A stretch of 64,000 bases of DNA. Origin: Eledone cirrhosa. Its lineage: Eukaryota. The notes beneath the pieces were generated by a model, which was given only the letters and a program-made list of their open reading frames with translations, had not been told where the DNA came from and ran no database searches. How positions within the stretch are numbered: the first letter of the stretch is position 1; the number at the start of each line of letters is the position of its first letter. This document shows, one piece after another, positions 12,759 through 26,876 of this stretch. A program made the position numbers and the translations under genes. The DNA lies in NCBI GenBank assembly GCA_964016885.1, contig OZ024740.1, forward strand, positions 170,438,001-170,502,000, given 5' to 3'.

Positions 12759-13640
12759 GTGATTACACAACAGTTAGTTCACCATACCGAGAACAATTGT
12801 TTCACCTTAGCGGATCCTCAGCTCGGAATGGGCAGGGTTATAGGAACAGGAAGGACAACCGTACGAACGCGCATGCGCAGAAACCGGTCAGTTCACACAG
12901 GCAATACTAGAATACGTGCAAGAGGTGTAAGGGAGATAACTGCGAAAGTCCGAAAAGTTTTTAGTTGATAAGAAAATTACAATGATTCAATCCTCAGCTT
13001 TGTAGTTATGCAATAGGTGTTTGGTGACGTGTGGACAACGTGTGAAAAATTCATTTCTCGTGTTTAGGCAATAGTGATTGCATAATCTCTTTAGAATAGT
13101 TATTCGTTCGTCAATACATAAGCCACACGACGGATTTCTTCTTGCGTATGGCTTGGACTTAGTGATGGCTTTCCATTGAATGGAGTAGTCTATACCTGAG
13201 TCCTTCAGGGACCATACGTGGCTCACGAATTTCGTGGATGAACGTTTTTCCGGGTACCTAAAGGTCGACTGGTGGTTCAGGAAACGTTCCTTAAATCGGC
13301 CCTCCGCCATGCCCACATAGGATTCGACCTCCTGTGGTTGGTTTGGTCGGTTGGAAGTGACCACAGCTTCATAAATTACAGCTGGTGTGTTGCATTGCTG
13401 TTGAGGGGGGCAAGCTTCGGGCTTACGGCAAGAGCACCCTGGTGGGGTGTTGCTCCTAGGGCTGCTGGTGATGTGGGCCTTCGTGTTCTTAGCGCAGGAG
13501 TATCCTAGTTTAACTTTGTGTCGGTTAAAGATGGAGCGGTATTTATGACCTATGGGAAAGTGTCTATCTAAGTGGGCAAGAAATTATTTTCCTACATTGA
13601 TTTTAACGTTGGGTGAGAAGGGAGGAGAGAACCAGATGGT
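12759..13640 (-). mobile_element. Penelope-like element (Naiad-type GIY-YIG region and pLTR), 5'-truncated, left arm of an inverted pair
   Basis: TIWFSPPFS..YSC, CSCRKPEACP, YVGMAEGRFKERFLNH, CGLCIDER..LNTRNEFFTRCPH. Ends at (TA)n. Confidence 0.9.
12787..12826 (-). ncRNA. Minimal type I hammerhead ribozyme
   Basis: CCGAG-CTGAGGA-TCCGCTAAGGT-GAAA-CAATTG-TT-CTCGG; stem II is weak. Confidence 0.75.
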
Positions 13641-14490
13641 TTGTCTATTGTTAATCGACACAAAGTTAAACTAGGATACTCCTGCGCTAAGAACATGAAG
13701 GCCCACATCACCAGCAGCCCTAGGAGCAACACCCCACCAGGGTCATCTTGCCGTAAGCCCGAAGCTTGCTCCCTTCAACAGCAATGCAACACACCAGCTG
13801 TAATTTATGAAGCTGTGGTCACTTCCAACCGACCAAACCAACAACAGGCGGTCAAATCCTATGTGGGCATGGCGGAGAGCCGATTTAAGGAACGTTTCCT
13901 GAACCACCAGTCGACCTTTAGGTACCCGGACAGACGTTTATCCACGAAACTCGCGAGCCACGTATGGTCCTTCAAGGACTCAGGTATAGACTACTCCATT
14001 CAATGGAAATCCATCACTAAGTCCAAGCCATACGCAAGGGGAAATCCGTAGTGTGGCTTATGTATTGACGAGCGAATAACTATTCTAAAGAGATTATGCA
14101 ATCACTATTGCCTAAACACGAGAAATGAATTTTTCACACGTTGTCCACACGTCACCAATCACCTATTGCATAACTACAAAACTCAGGATTGAATCATTGT
14201 AATTTTCTTATCAACTAAAAACTTTTCGGACTTTCGCAGTTATCTCCCTTACATCTCTCGCACGCATTCTAGTATTGCCTGTGTGAAGTGACCTGTTTCT
14301 GCGCATGCGCATTCTTACGGTTGTCGTTCCTGTTCCTATAACCCTGCCCATTCCGAGCTGAGGATCCGTTAAGGTGAAACAATTGTTCTCGGTATGGTGA
14401 ACTAACTGTTGTGTAACCACTTCTACCTAACTCGTCCAATGGACTGAGTGCTCTACCACTACGGATATTACCGTCCAGTCTTCTACCACT
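13641..14490 (+). mobile_element. Penelope-like element (Naiad-type), right arm of the inverted pair
   Basis: ORF 13641-14051 VIYEAVV..YVGMAESRFKERFLNH; an in-frame TAG is followed by CGLC..CPH. It is the reverse complement of about 12759-13535 and ends at (TA)n. Confidence 0.9.
14353..14392 (+). ncRNA. Minimal type I hammerhead ribozyme
   Basis: CCGAG-CTGAGGA-TCCGTTAAGGT-GAAA-CAATTG-TT-CTCGG. Confidence 0.75.
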
Positions 14491-14539
14491 ATATATATAT
14501 ATATATGATAACTGCCACTTCTTTACAGAACAAGACTAT

Positions 14540-15380
14540 TTCTTTAACATTGAGCTGAACGGCCATGAGCCCACGAGTTACTCGAAAAACCTGCCTCGCT
14601 CCTGCACACTGTTTTACAGATGTGATACACAGAAGGCGCTCGGGCAGCCCTGAACGTAAATTCTTCCTTATGCACTCTCATGTGTCACTTGAGTCCTGCA
14701 GCAGATCTACAGGCTTTGTTGCAAACCTGACACAAATACCCAACAGGCCTTTCAGGGAGGACACCAATGTAATCAGCCCCAGATTACTGATTGCTCTGAG
14801 CTCCTAAAGGACTAACAAGCCTGGCACGAGAAAGAACAACCTTTCCTCAGATGTTACAGACATGGTCCAACCGGGACTGAGTCTACACCACTTTTCCTGA
14901 GTGCTCTTTTAAACCCCATATGATCCATCATTTTGACCTCAAAACAATCACAACTATTATAAAGCACACTTCTCCAACCAGATCTACTCTCTGTCTCAAT
15001 ATCTCATTCTTCATCACTAATACCAAGTGCCTTCAGGTTGTCTTTGACAACATTCCTGAATCGTTTCTTGAGTTTCTGAATGGGGCGTTACCAGCAATTA
15101 ACTCTCCTTGCCAAACTCGCTTAGGCAACCTTTCATCTTCCGCCCCCCTTAAATGCCCTGCCCAACGCAATTGGTTTCGAATGAGTAGTTTTTCTATGCT
15201 GGATTTATTGGTCAGCTGCAGAGCAACAGTGCCAGGTGTAAATAACTACCACTTAATGTTCAAAATACGCCGTAGGCATTTTTAGCGGAATCTTTCCAAT
15301 GTCTTAGTATGATGTTGGTATGTGGTCCAAGTGTCGGGAGAGTACAAGAGAGCAGTCAGGACACAGGATTGGTAGACACT
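14540..15380 (-). mobile_element. RTE-clade LINE 3' fragment with C-terminal C2H2 zinc fingers, decayed
   Basis: VYQSCVLTALLYSPDTWTTYQHH..CLRRILNIKW, followed downstream by YLCQVCNKACRSAAGLK*HMRVH. Confidence 0.8.
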
Positions 15381-15394
15381 TATCTATATAAATA

Positions 15395-15615
<221 letters not shown>

Positions 15616-18600
15616 TCACCTCGTTGAAGGCACCATGTATACATTTCAATCAGGACAACATTTTGCTGTAAACAATCACTTCACTTGCTCATAAAAAAAA
15701 TCTACTTTCTGCCATTAAATGTAAAGGATGCAATGAATATTATATAGAACAAACTAAACTCACACTCAGAAACAGAATGACAATTCATCGCCAACAATTA
15801 CGTGACCCTGCCACTAGACAGATACCACGCAGTGCACATCTAGAGATATGCGCAAATTCCAAGTCTTCCCACTTCATCTTTGCGCTGACAATAAAACAGA
15901 CCAAATACGAATAAATAAGGAAAATATGTTTATTCAAAACTATAGACCAGCATTAAATATAGTTTAATATACATTATGTCAACACCATAACATGCTAACC
16001 ATCCAAACAGACACATACGTACGCACGCACATTACACCCTCCTCTATATTCGAAAATAAAAACCAGAGCTAAATAGACCTTAATATACGTTAATACTCTA
16101 ACACCTTAACATGCTAACCATACCTCCACACACACATACACACACACATATAATAACCATACATACACACACATAACTCCCTCCCTCATTTCTACTAATG
16201 GTTTCATTTTCCTACACACACACACACACGCGCACACATACCAATATATATTCTCTACCCTGTCACCATCTTAACATGCTAACCACACACACATATATAT
16301 ACTTACATACATATATATCTGTGTATGTGTATGCATGGATGATTTGCATACATGTATGTATCTTTGTACGTATGTATGTTTGTACGTGTCCACTTGTTGA
16401 AACTTTACTTCAGTTGCCAGACGTCGTGTGATATCCAATGCTATTTACACCTTTCTGTTTCAGTAAAAGATGTCCCCACTTTCAACAATATCATCTATCT
16501 CCTTAGAAAGTGAAATCAATTGAATTTGTTATCTTACGACATTCTAACTGCTTATACTTGGCAAAACATAGGAGACATGACATCATTCTGTCCCAGCCAA
16601 AGGAGCATATGGAATGACAGACATGTACTGTACAAGGTCAGATACTTATTACATCTACGTTTTAAAAATAGATATTTAAAAATGTATGTGAATTATATTA
16701 CAGAATTATTTAGACGCAGACGATGAATGACAGATAATTTGCAGATTCTGTAACCTAGTTTGCAGGTTGACAAGGGTGCGAGTAGAAACATGCTGTGAAA
16801 GTATTTTGTTTTCTATTTCATTCTCATATATGTAGGTATTCAGACCCTGTTAACTGAGAACCCAAAGGTAATCTTTATTCAGAATACACATTCACTCTCA
16901 TTATTTTCCCCACGCAGAGCTTTACATATTCAATAGCTTTAAACGCTGAGGAACAAGACTTCTCAGGCTCAAGATGTTACTATTGCTCAACCTGTAGCAA
17001 TAATAAAATTATCGCTTTCATTGTTCGGTTTGTTTGAACAATCGATCTTCTTTCAACCATTTGGGAATTAATTGACAATGGACTCACACGTTTTGGCAAG
17101 AACGCGGTTATTTTGGGAGAAGTATTACACATTGATTATGATTGTCCACGAAATTGTCCATGAAATTTCATTATGTTTCGGAGTGGCCGTTTAGGGGATG
17201 TGAAATTTAAACACAATTGAATTTGCAGTTCCTAATAGATAATATCACTTAGAAATAAACCTGCGTTTGACTGTGTTTGGCACGTTTGCGATTGTGCTTT
17301 AAGGAAGTTTAATCAGTCATCTCGGTAGATGGTTCAGCTCTATGTTCTTTAGTTGAGAGGAAAACATTTTTACCAACAACTTAAAGATACCTTCTGCAAT
17401 ATTCTAGGTAGTGATGGCATTACCGCACTATAGTTGGGTCATGTTTATTATTAATTATCAGCCAAAGAATTGATCCGTATAGTCATCATAACGGCTTAGT
17501 GCAGAGAATAAGTGACTGCCCCTTTAGAATCGTTTGTAGACACAAATATTTTCCCTTTCCCTTATCACTTATAGAGGTGGTCCATAGCCATGTGTTGGGG
17601 GTTTCAAGAAAAAAAAAATAATAATTTGTAGATAGCTACATAAGTAAACAGTGCCTCAGGACATCCTGCATTATATAGACCGAACCACTACCAAGAGTCA
17701 TACGCTGAGTGGACTCCGCTAAAGACGCCCAAGAACGAAGATACAGTGTTAAACCAGGCGGCTTGAAGCATTTTATTTGCTGCTGTACCGATTTAATTAA
17801 AATAATACTCAAAGAAAATATAATTACATCTACTGTTAGAAAAGAATGCTTTGCGATAGATTTTTCAACGGAAGTAAAATACTTTGTTGTGAAACATTTC
17901 CATCTTTAAAATGCCAAAGAACAGAACTTCAGCTTTGTCTTCAGTATGTCGAACTTTCACTCGAAGGTCCAATGGTTCAGATCTTGCAACAGTTGCTGTA
18001 TTGTCTCTATAAGAATCGTATTCAAAGATTTCAGAGTAGAGTTAGTACAATCGTTAAACCAACAGACAAAATGCTTTGTCTTATTTAGTTATGGTCCTAT
18101 GCCTCCTTATTTCAAATTCCCTCGGAGTCAACTTTGCCTTTCTTCTCTTAAGATTCAATAAAATGATCATAGTTAAATACTGGGGTTGATACAATAGACT
18201 TAGCGTGCATTTGGCTGTGTATTCTATAAAGACGTGTAACCTTAATATGTCTCTATTCATGACAAATGATGTGACCCGACTATCAATTACAGTCATGGTC
18301 CATCCGACGAGCTTCTAAAGTTTCCATCGCCCCAAATATACATAGAATGAAATAAAAAAACATAAATAAATAAAATGCTTAGATTCTACTACATTAATAT
18401 TTCCATTTCTCTTAACAGCAGAAACAAACAAAAGAAACTTCATCAGGAAATGAATTTGTGATTCTCTGACATGAACAGATCTTCCGAGGCGATATTTCTT
18501 TCTTGATATCTTTTTAATACACATAGTAAATTGAAACCATGTAAAATATGTAACGGAAAATGTTTGTTGTTTGCCAATACTTGTTTACTGCTTTCTACAT

Positions 18601-19154
18601 GGTACATGATCAAGATTTGGTTGGTGATACTGATGATGACAATGGTGATGATGATCAGTTTGAGGAGGGTGATTTGGGGTGTGATGAGGATGTACAATCA
18701 ATGATGAGTTTAATGTCAATAATGAGGATCATGACCATAAAGATGATGACGCCAATACTACTATTGATGATGATGACAACGATCATGGCGACGATGAAGA
18801 GGAGGAGGATGTTAACCACGACAGTGATGATGATGATGATGATGATCATGATTGATGACGATGATGATGATGATCACTATTGCCACCACCATCAATAGAA
18901 TCAACACCTCTCTCATACTACCTGTTGGGGCAGACCCTCTTAGCTGGATATTCCAACAGCTTTAATCTCTCTTTATCCTCCTTTCCTTTCTAAATAAATA
19001 TAAACTAAAGAAAAAAATATTACTTAAATTACAAAATAAAGCCATTTATTAATCTTCTTAACTTCTTTTCTCTTTAACACTTCCCTCACATGTCTTACCT
19101 ATCGATCTATTGATCTACTTACCTATTTCTAGTTCTATCTATCGGTCTAACTAT

Positions 19155-19208
<54 letters not shown>

Positions 19209-19209
<1 letters not shown>

Positions 19210-19945
19210 GGAGCTCTACCAGTTCGAGATAAGATCTACAGGCACGGATGCCCCGGCAGGGATCCTTCCAAGAGGACGTGTCCAAGATGCTAGCAGGACA
19301 TTGCACGCAATTGTACACTGCCCGGGCGTAACCGACCTGTCGAACTATGCAGAACAACTGCTGTCGCGTAGGGGACAAATCCAGTTGACTGCCGAGTCCA
19401 TAGTAAGGATCAAACCGCCAGCCTCTTTCAAAAACGAAAGAGAGGCGGTTTTCCTCTGTACAGTGGCTATGGTGAAAGAGGTTATATGGTGGACGAGATT
19501 GAGAGGACTGAGGACAGATGCCTTTCTCTCCAGACAACAATTGATTCCTTTCTTTAAGTATCACTTTAGAAGGAGAATCAGAGTGTAGAGAGAGGCACTG
19601 CACCCCAGTAAATTTACTGAAAGATGGCGAAATGAATGAAGTGAAAGATGGCGAAGTGAATGAAGCGAAAATGGCCCGAGTGATTGGGCCTTCTCTGTTT
19701 ATAATTCTGTAGGTTAAAGAAGAGAGCAAAAGGAAGAAGGGTGCACTTGCACAACACGCTCCTGGAGTTGAGGGTTGTTCTATCGACGGGGTATTAAACA
19801 ACCCATTTGTGGCGCCTCCCCCCTATTGGGGATTTCGATTGTTATAATTATTTGTTTCAATATTTTTACAGGACTGTATGTAAAATCTCCGGCATGTCTT
19901 TGTATTGTCCCCCTTTCTTGTGCTCCCTTGTGGCAAATAAAGAAA
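19209..19945 (+). mobile_element. Tx1/L1-clade LINE 3' fragment
   Basis: Highly similar to 6563-7280; (TATC)n lies immediately 5' and 3'. Confidence 0.92.
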
Positions 19946-20123
19946 TATATCTATCTTTCTGTCCATCTATCTATCTGTCTATCTATCTATCTATCTATAT
20001 ATCTATCTATCTACCTATATATCTATCTATCCCTCTATATATCTGTCTGTCTGTCTATCTATCTAGCAATCTATCTATTTATATCAATAAACATACGTGA
20101 GGTGTTAATATAGATTGATATAT

Positions 20124-20203
<80 letters not shown>

Positions 20204-20224
20204 ATGTCTGTGTGTGTGTATGTA

Positions 20225-20312
<88 letters not shown>

Positions 20313-20467
20313 TGCGCGTGTATGTGATGGCCGACTTCGACTCAAGATGTCTCATTGTATTTATACATGCGAAATGTAACCGCTTATGGGAATCAATCCC
20401 TATAAAATTCGTAGACCAGACAACTACAGAGACCACTGCACTAAAATGACCTGATACATTTTGAAAG

Positions 20468-20800
20468 GCTAAAGTGCGTAGCTCAAAGAGCAGAGAGTCA
20501 CTCCAGGTAGAGCTGCGACTTCTCCGAATTGAGAAATCACAGCTTCAATACTACGGGAATGTGGTTAGAATATCTCAGGGAATAATTGCTGGACAGATTT
20601 TACTGGCAAAACCAGCCGACAGGAAACCTGAGCAAGATGTTTGGATAACATCCATGAGCTTGGCTGGTCTCGTTTGGGGATCCAGCCGGATCAGTTGGAG
20701 ACGGTTGCTTCTGGCAGGTCCCTCTAGGAAGAGGTGTTTGAGGACTCTGTCCCCACGATCCTCCCAGAGACAAATGGGCGAAGAAGAAGAAGAAGAAGTG
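20468..20800 (+). mobile_element. RTE-clade (Expander/Rex3-like) LINE 3' fragment
   Basis: RESLQVELRLLRIEKSQLQYYGNVVR with a (GAA)n tail; paralogous to 40660-40993. Confidence 0.8.
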
Positions 20801-21570
20801 TAGTAGATATTTACTCTCCGAGAAAACGATATGATTGCCGCAAATGGAACACCTTTATCAGTAATTTTTCTCAATAAAAAAAAAGGCATCAACATACAGG
20901 AAATATATACTTGACAACATAAATATAAAAAAACAACGACACATCCTTCACCATAACAACCATTACTAGTACTGTAACAGCCGCCACTACAACAGGATAT
21001 CTAGCAACCTAAAATGCCAACACCGTCGCATCTGTCAGATTACCTTGTTTTCTTATCGCGGATATTTGATTCGTCTCAGGGATTAATTAATTAATTACTT
21101 TTCAAATGTCCATAGCCACCCACGCAAATCTGCCCTGTCACTCAAAATATAAAATTAAAGACAAAAGAAACCACAACAATCTATATCATTTATCTGCACA
21201 ATCCAAATATCCCGCACGTTGTTCATTCTGCTCTGACAACACGACCCCATCCTATTAATATACCTACCCACAGTTTTAACGTTGGTATTGCAGGCTGTTG
21301 TTATTGTTGTAGCTGTTGTTGAGTGAAGCTGAACTATGACTCTAAGCTTTCCAGTCTTAACTATCCCGTCTGGCATAGTGTACATAGGTGTACGTTATCT
21401 AATGCGCCCGTCGTTCGCAGGGCAGTGTATAGTTAGATTATAAGTTAGGCTTGACTACTCTTTGACTCGGCTGTAGTGGTTGTCATAGCATTCCAGTGTG
21501 TCACAGCTCCTTTACATTGTTAGAACTCCAATATATACTTTATCTTATTACAGTCTTAGCTTATATATAT

Positions 21571-21823
21571 CAGGAGCGGCGGAAGCATTTCTGAATGGGG
21601 CGGGCAACTTTGGTGAATTTAGTTGTAGTGATTAGTTTAGCTCTTTGTATTCTAAAATGGTCAGAAAACTTCGATATGCGATGAACATAACATGTACATG
21701 AATTGTAGTGTATATCCAAATAGATGTGTTTTGGTAGTTTGGGGAGAAAAATATAATTATTGAGAGGGGGGGGGACATGTCCCTCCCACAATCACCACCA
21801 CCACACCAGGTCCATCGCCCATG
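21571..21823. mobile_element. Possible hAT-type MITE remnant
   Basis: Ends CAGGAGCGGCGG ... CCATCGCCCATG resemble degenerate CAGGGGCG-type terminal inverted repeats; TA-rich flanks. Confidence 0.35.
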
Positions 21824-21952
21824 TATATACATATATATATGTGTGTGTGTAATGTAAAAAATATAATACTCTGTACCCTTTCATACGGGGTTGGTATATC
21901 GAGTTTCTTCGTATTTGGTAATAAACTGGTATTATACCCAAATTATTCATCT

Positions 21953-22032
<80 letters not shown>

Positions 22033-22789
22033 TAATGGCGAGCTCTGTTACTGTAAAGTTTCACTTGCGCATTCACAGATCACCAATCATGCCTGATGAT
22101 CCTGTAAATACGCAGGTGAAACTCCAGATAACAAGGCTCATCACTTAGCCATAATAAATTAATATTTAAACTCTACTTCAGTATTGAGTTTTCATTCTTA
22201 CGTCCGTCAATAATTCACATACTCTCAGGTTTAATTATTTTATTTTACATTAAAAAACATTATATACGACAAAAAATAACATTACATGAAATCCCATATT
22301 TACGAACGTAAACTATACAATTACCGATTTCCCCCCACCTATTCTCATCCCTTCTATTATTTGGGACCCTCTCAGTGTTTACTACACGGCACTCTCCCAT
22401 TATCCATTCTCTATATCTACAAACACCAAATTCTCTCCCTCTCACAATCCCCTGTAAACACTCTCCCAATCCTCCTGTACCACACTCTCTTGTAATCATT
22501 TTCTCTCTATGCTTCTATATCTTTTACGATACTGTCTCTCCCAATCGCCCTCCGAAAGACCACGGATCTGCGCCTGGAGAATTTTGTGACAGCTGCTGAT
22601 GGTGGAGCAGTGTCTGCTGTGGCTGTACATGCCCACGCGGGAGTGGCAGTCCTATATGCAGCAACTACAATGCTACTATGTTGTTCTTTTTTCGAGCACG
22701 ATTTTCCTCGGAGGCAAGTTTCAGTTTATCTTTCCCTCGCTCCATTCCCTTACGCAGTACTCGTCTCCACCGTAGGCGATCATTAGCGA

Positions 22790-23700
22790 CCTCCTCCCAT
22801 ATCTGGGTGTCCAGATTAATTGGTCTCATATCCCTCCTGCAGATGTCTTTGAAACGAAGATGAGGTTGTCCACGTGCTCTTGTGCCGGTGGCCAGTTCCC
22901 CGTACAGTAAGTCCTCTTTGGAGTAGAGGCTCTAAGTCTTGCTGCCATAAAGTAGTGTGCTGAGGACACACATCTTGTAGGCAGCCGTCTTGGTGTTTGG
23001 AGTTAGTTTTCTGTTCTCCCAGACTCACTTCGTCAGCCTGGTAAATGTTGAGATTGCTCGCCCAACTCTCCTGCTGATCTCGGGGTCCAGGGAGGGGTTG
23101 TCAATGATGGTAGAACCAAGGTAGATGAATTCGTGAACCACCTCCAGCTCATAGCTGTTGATAGTGATGGTGGGTGGATGGGTGTTGCTTGACACTTTGG
23201 CCCAGTACATTGGTTTTATTCAGACTAATGATTAAGGTGAATTCCAAGCAGGCCTTCGAGAGTTTGTTCATGAGGTGCTGCATTTGCTCCTCAGAGTGCA
23301 CTGCCAACGCTGCGTCATTCGCAAACAGCAATTGTATGAGTACCTGGCGAAACATGGATTTCGCTTTCAGTCTTGACAGTCTAAGCAGCCTCCCGTCTGA
23401 TCTGGAGTGGGGGTAGACACCTTCAGTTGACTTCCCAAATGCATGTTTTAGCATGACTGCGACAAAGATACCAAACAGAGTGGGGCTAGCACACAACCCT
23501 GCTTCACAACAGGGCATATGTTAAATGCCTCCGAAGAAGAGCCATCAAACGACACCTTTCATATCTGCATGAAATGACTGGACTATCCTAAGAAGTCTTG
23601 GAGAACAACCAATCCTGGCAAGGATTTTGAACAGGCCGTCTCCTCTAATTAGATCGAATGTTTTCATGAGTTTGAAAGGTTGTCTTTGTTTTCGGCACTT
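22790..23700 (-). mobile_element. RTE (BovB-like) LINE RT fragment, decayed
   Basis: SPTLFGIF, SRSDGRL, LLFANDAAL, ISLNKTNV and LEVVHEFIYLGS motifs. Confidence 0.88.
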
Positions 23701-24269
23701 CTCCTGTTGCTATTATTTTCGTTGTTATTGTTTTTGTTGCTGTTGTCGTTGCCGTTATTGCGGCTGCTACTGATTATATTGTTGTTGCCGTTGTTACTGG
23801 TGCTGTTGATGTTTTTGTTGTCATTGATGTTGCTGTTGTTATTGCTGTTTCAATTGTTGCTGCTATTGATGTTATCGTTACCGTTGTTGCTGCTGCTGTT
23901 ACTGTTGTCTGTAGTTTTGGCGAGGATGGCCTTGTTATCTGCAGCGTTAGCAGTGTTGACCTTCTTACTATAACTCTTCAGAATGCTGTCCGAATTATTG
24001 TCGTTACACACGATTTTCTCAAGGAAAATGTTGCCATTCTGACTAGATGTAGAGTGGGGTGTAGCATCCATTTTTGTTTTTACAAAACATTTTGTGGGTG
24101 TAATTTCAAATTTAAAGTTTCTATATTATAGGGGTTCCTTCTTCAGGGCATGCCTTATGTCCCCTTTGCAACAAAGATTTTTAACAAAATACCTGTTTAA
24201 ATGGGCGAAAACAAACAAAAGTTATGGAGCCATGTGTACACATGTCTTGATAGCCTCAACAGCAAACAT

Positions 24270-24303
24270 GGAGATGATGATGATGAATATGAGGAGGAGG
24301 AGG

Positions 24304-24357
<54 letters not shown>

Positions 24358-24460
24358 TGATGATGATGATGGTGGTGGTGGTGGTGGTAGTGGTAGTGGT
24401 GGTGGTGGTGGTGGTGATGATAATAGTAATAATAATGATAATAATGATAATAATGATAAA
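24270..24460. repeat. (GAG/GAT/GGT/AAT)n compound microsatellite
   Basis: Direct reading. Confidence 0.95.
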
Positions 24461-25934
24461 ATTAAACAATTTCTACTACTACATCTATCTATAAAGTGAA
24501 CTACTTCTCCACCACCCCATCGCGTTCGCTTTATACAACACATGCACCAGTAAAAACAAATATCCGGACACATCACCACTGACAGTAACAACAACAACAA
24601 TAATAACGACAACTGCACTGGCAACAGTAGCAGGCGCAGCAACAGCAGAAATAGCAGCAACAACAACGGCAGCAGCAGCAACCAGCCCTTGCAACTTGGT
24701 TTGCAAAATCTAGGGTACACCTCATGGAAAAACAATGTTTCATTCAAATATGTTTCCTACCTTCCTCACACACATACGCACACAGCATGAAGTGCGCTAT
24801 GTTTTTCTCTCTCTCACTCATTTACTCTCTCCCCGCTCTCTTTATTTCCCTCTCTCTGACAATCTAATACTCTCTCTCTTCGTCTACTCCCACTTTCTCC
24901 TATTATTCCTTCTATCAGGCAAGTCAGCTCAAATCGTCTTTCTATCCTAATGTGAAAGTTCATTCACAATATCATTCATTCATTCATTCGTTCGTTCATT
25001 CATTCATTCATACTTACATAGAAATACACATACAACCTGCACCCTGTCAATTCAGAAAAGGGTTTAGCTGAATTGAACAGAACTGAGCTATTAGGTGAAT
25101 TTAGTTCACTCTTGCTCACTGCATGCGTTTTGACTGTCTATAAACGTGTGTATGTGTGTTTGCTAGTGTTATGTATGCAAATAGTGCAAATACAATAAAT
25201 GCACGCGCACACACGTACTCGTACATACGTGCACAAACGCAAACATACGGGCATGCACGTATATATATATATATGTATATTGTATAGCGTATAAATGTAT
25301 ATGCTCATCGATATGTGTGCTAATATATAATGTGTGTGTATGTCTGTGTGTGTGCGTGTGTGTATGTGTGTATGCATGTTTGTATGTATATACGCGCGTG
25401 GCTGTGTGTGTGCAAAATATACAAGTATGTATATGAATCTTATGCAATCAGAGCCTTTATTATGCATAATTAATTAGTTTAATTAATCCCAGATAGATTA
25501 TTTAGACACTGGATGTAAAAGATTGTACATGTGAATTTATTGTAGATTAATAACGCATGCATAGATCTACGTACGCAAACACACATCTATACATATATTA
25601 ACACATACCAAGATATATATCCAATCCAGAGTTTTCTCATTCATCTTGGAGGGATCCTTCCCTGGTTGATCTCCATCGTTTTATGTTTGGTTTTGGTCAT
25701 GTCAGGGATGTAGCCGTACTCACAACGCTTGCCCAAATGCATATTGGTGTGGCTATTTAACACATAATTGGGATTGATGGACGTTGAATCTGAGGAGTTC
25801 ATCTGCGGATTCACTTTTATTCCTCACCGAACTGGGTCTGGAGCCGAATTAGTCACCAATCCGACCATTCGACCATGAATTTATATATATATATATATAT
25901 ATAGTAGACCTTTCTCACCTTTCCCACACATTAT

Positions 25935-26700
25935 TCAACATAGCTTTTCTCAGGATTGGCAGTATAAATGCACATAGTCTGGAGTCGGCATGAAAGCAGG
26001 GACACTTGCTCAACGACCGCAGGTCACTTAACATAGATGCGGTAGCCATCAGTGTGACCAGAATATCCAACACAAGAGCCTTCACACCCATTTGTGGTGG
26101 CTATGAGGTGTACAAATCTCCAAGTCGTCCAGGATTCGGCGGTTGCGTCGCTGTGTTGTTTTGGAAAGGCTTGGATCTCAAGATACAAACCATCTTTCTG
26201 GACCCAGCAGGTAAGTTGATGGGGCTCGATGGAGCCAGCGGCAAAGAGCATGATTTTATGCTAGTGGCCGCCAATGCCTTTACAGAAGGCCTGATTTCTT
26301 CAGACGCCTGGAGAACTTTATTGAAACAACTCATTCCTTAGTGAACGATGGAAAAGATGTCAAGCACACGCTGAGACTATGTGGGACTAGCAGATAGGAG
26401 AAGATGGTGTACAAAGCCTCACAAGCACGCTCAGGTACTACTAACTGTCTGAAAAGTACCAACTGGATTTTCCAGATGTGCCATTGTGGACATGGTCAAA
26501 CCACATGGGCCAACCAGATCGTATCTAGATAGGGCATTCTGTAGAGAAATAAAGAAGTTTATTATAGGATGTCCACAATCCAAAGTAGGGAGTCGACTAC
26601 ACAGACACCAATTCTTTACCTGTGCAGTCGGCTTAGATATACTTTATAGACGCAGTTAATGGAAGCTGAATGTGTCGTTACCGACGCGCAAAGATTATCA
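25935..26700 (+). mobile_element. Older Tx1-like LINE AP-endonuclease fragment
   Basis: ORF 26006-26341 aligns by eye to APE 9597-10130 (PGFGGCVAVLF, DPAGKL). Downstream WTWSN and SYLDR motifs are present. Confidence 0.75.
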
Positions 26701-26739
26701 AGGAGTTCATCGAAGACAATCAAGGAGCCATTCTTTTCA

Positions 26740-26876
26740 GGTTCTTTATTTTATCAACCCCGTAAGGTTGAAAGGCAAAACTAACCTCGGTGGGATTTGA
26801 ACACAAAACATAAAGGGACATATATGCCTCAAAGAATGTTGTCCGACGCTCTACCGATTCTGCCAATCTACCGCCC
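26740..26876 (-). mobile_element. tRNA-derived SINE
   Basis: Similar to the other copies; A/B-box-like head on the minus strand. Confidence 0.8.

Noticed and set aside
23850-24071. 73-aa Asn/Ser-rich ORF
   Set aside because: It runs into (AAC/AGC)n low-complexity sequence, with no domain or splice support.
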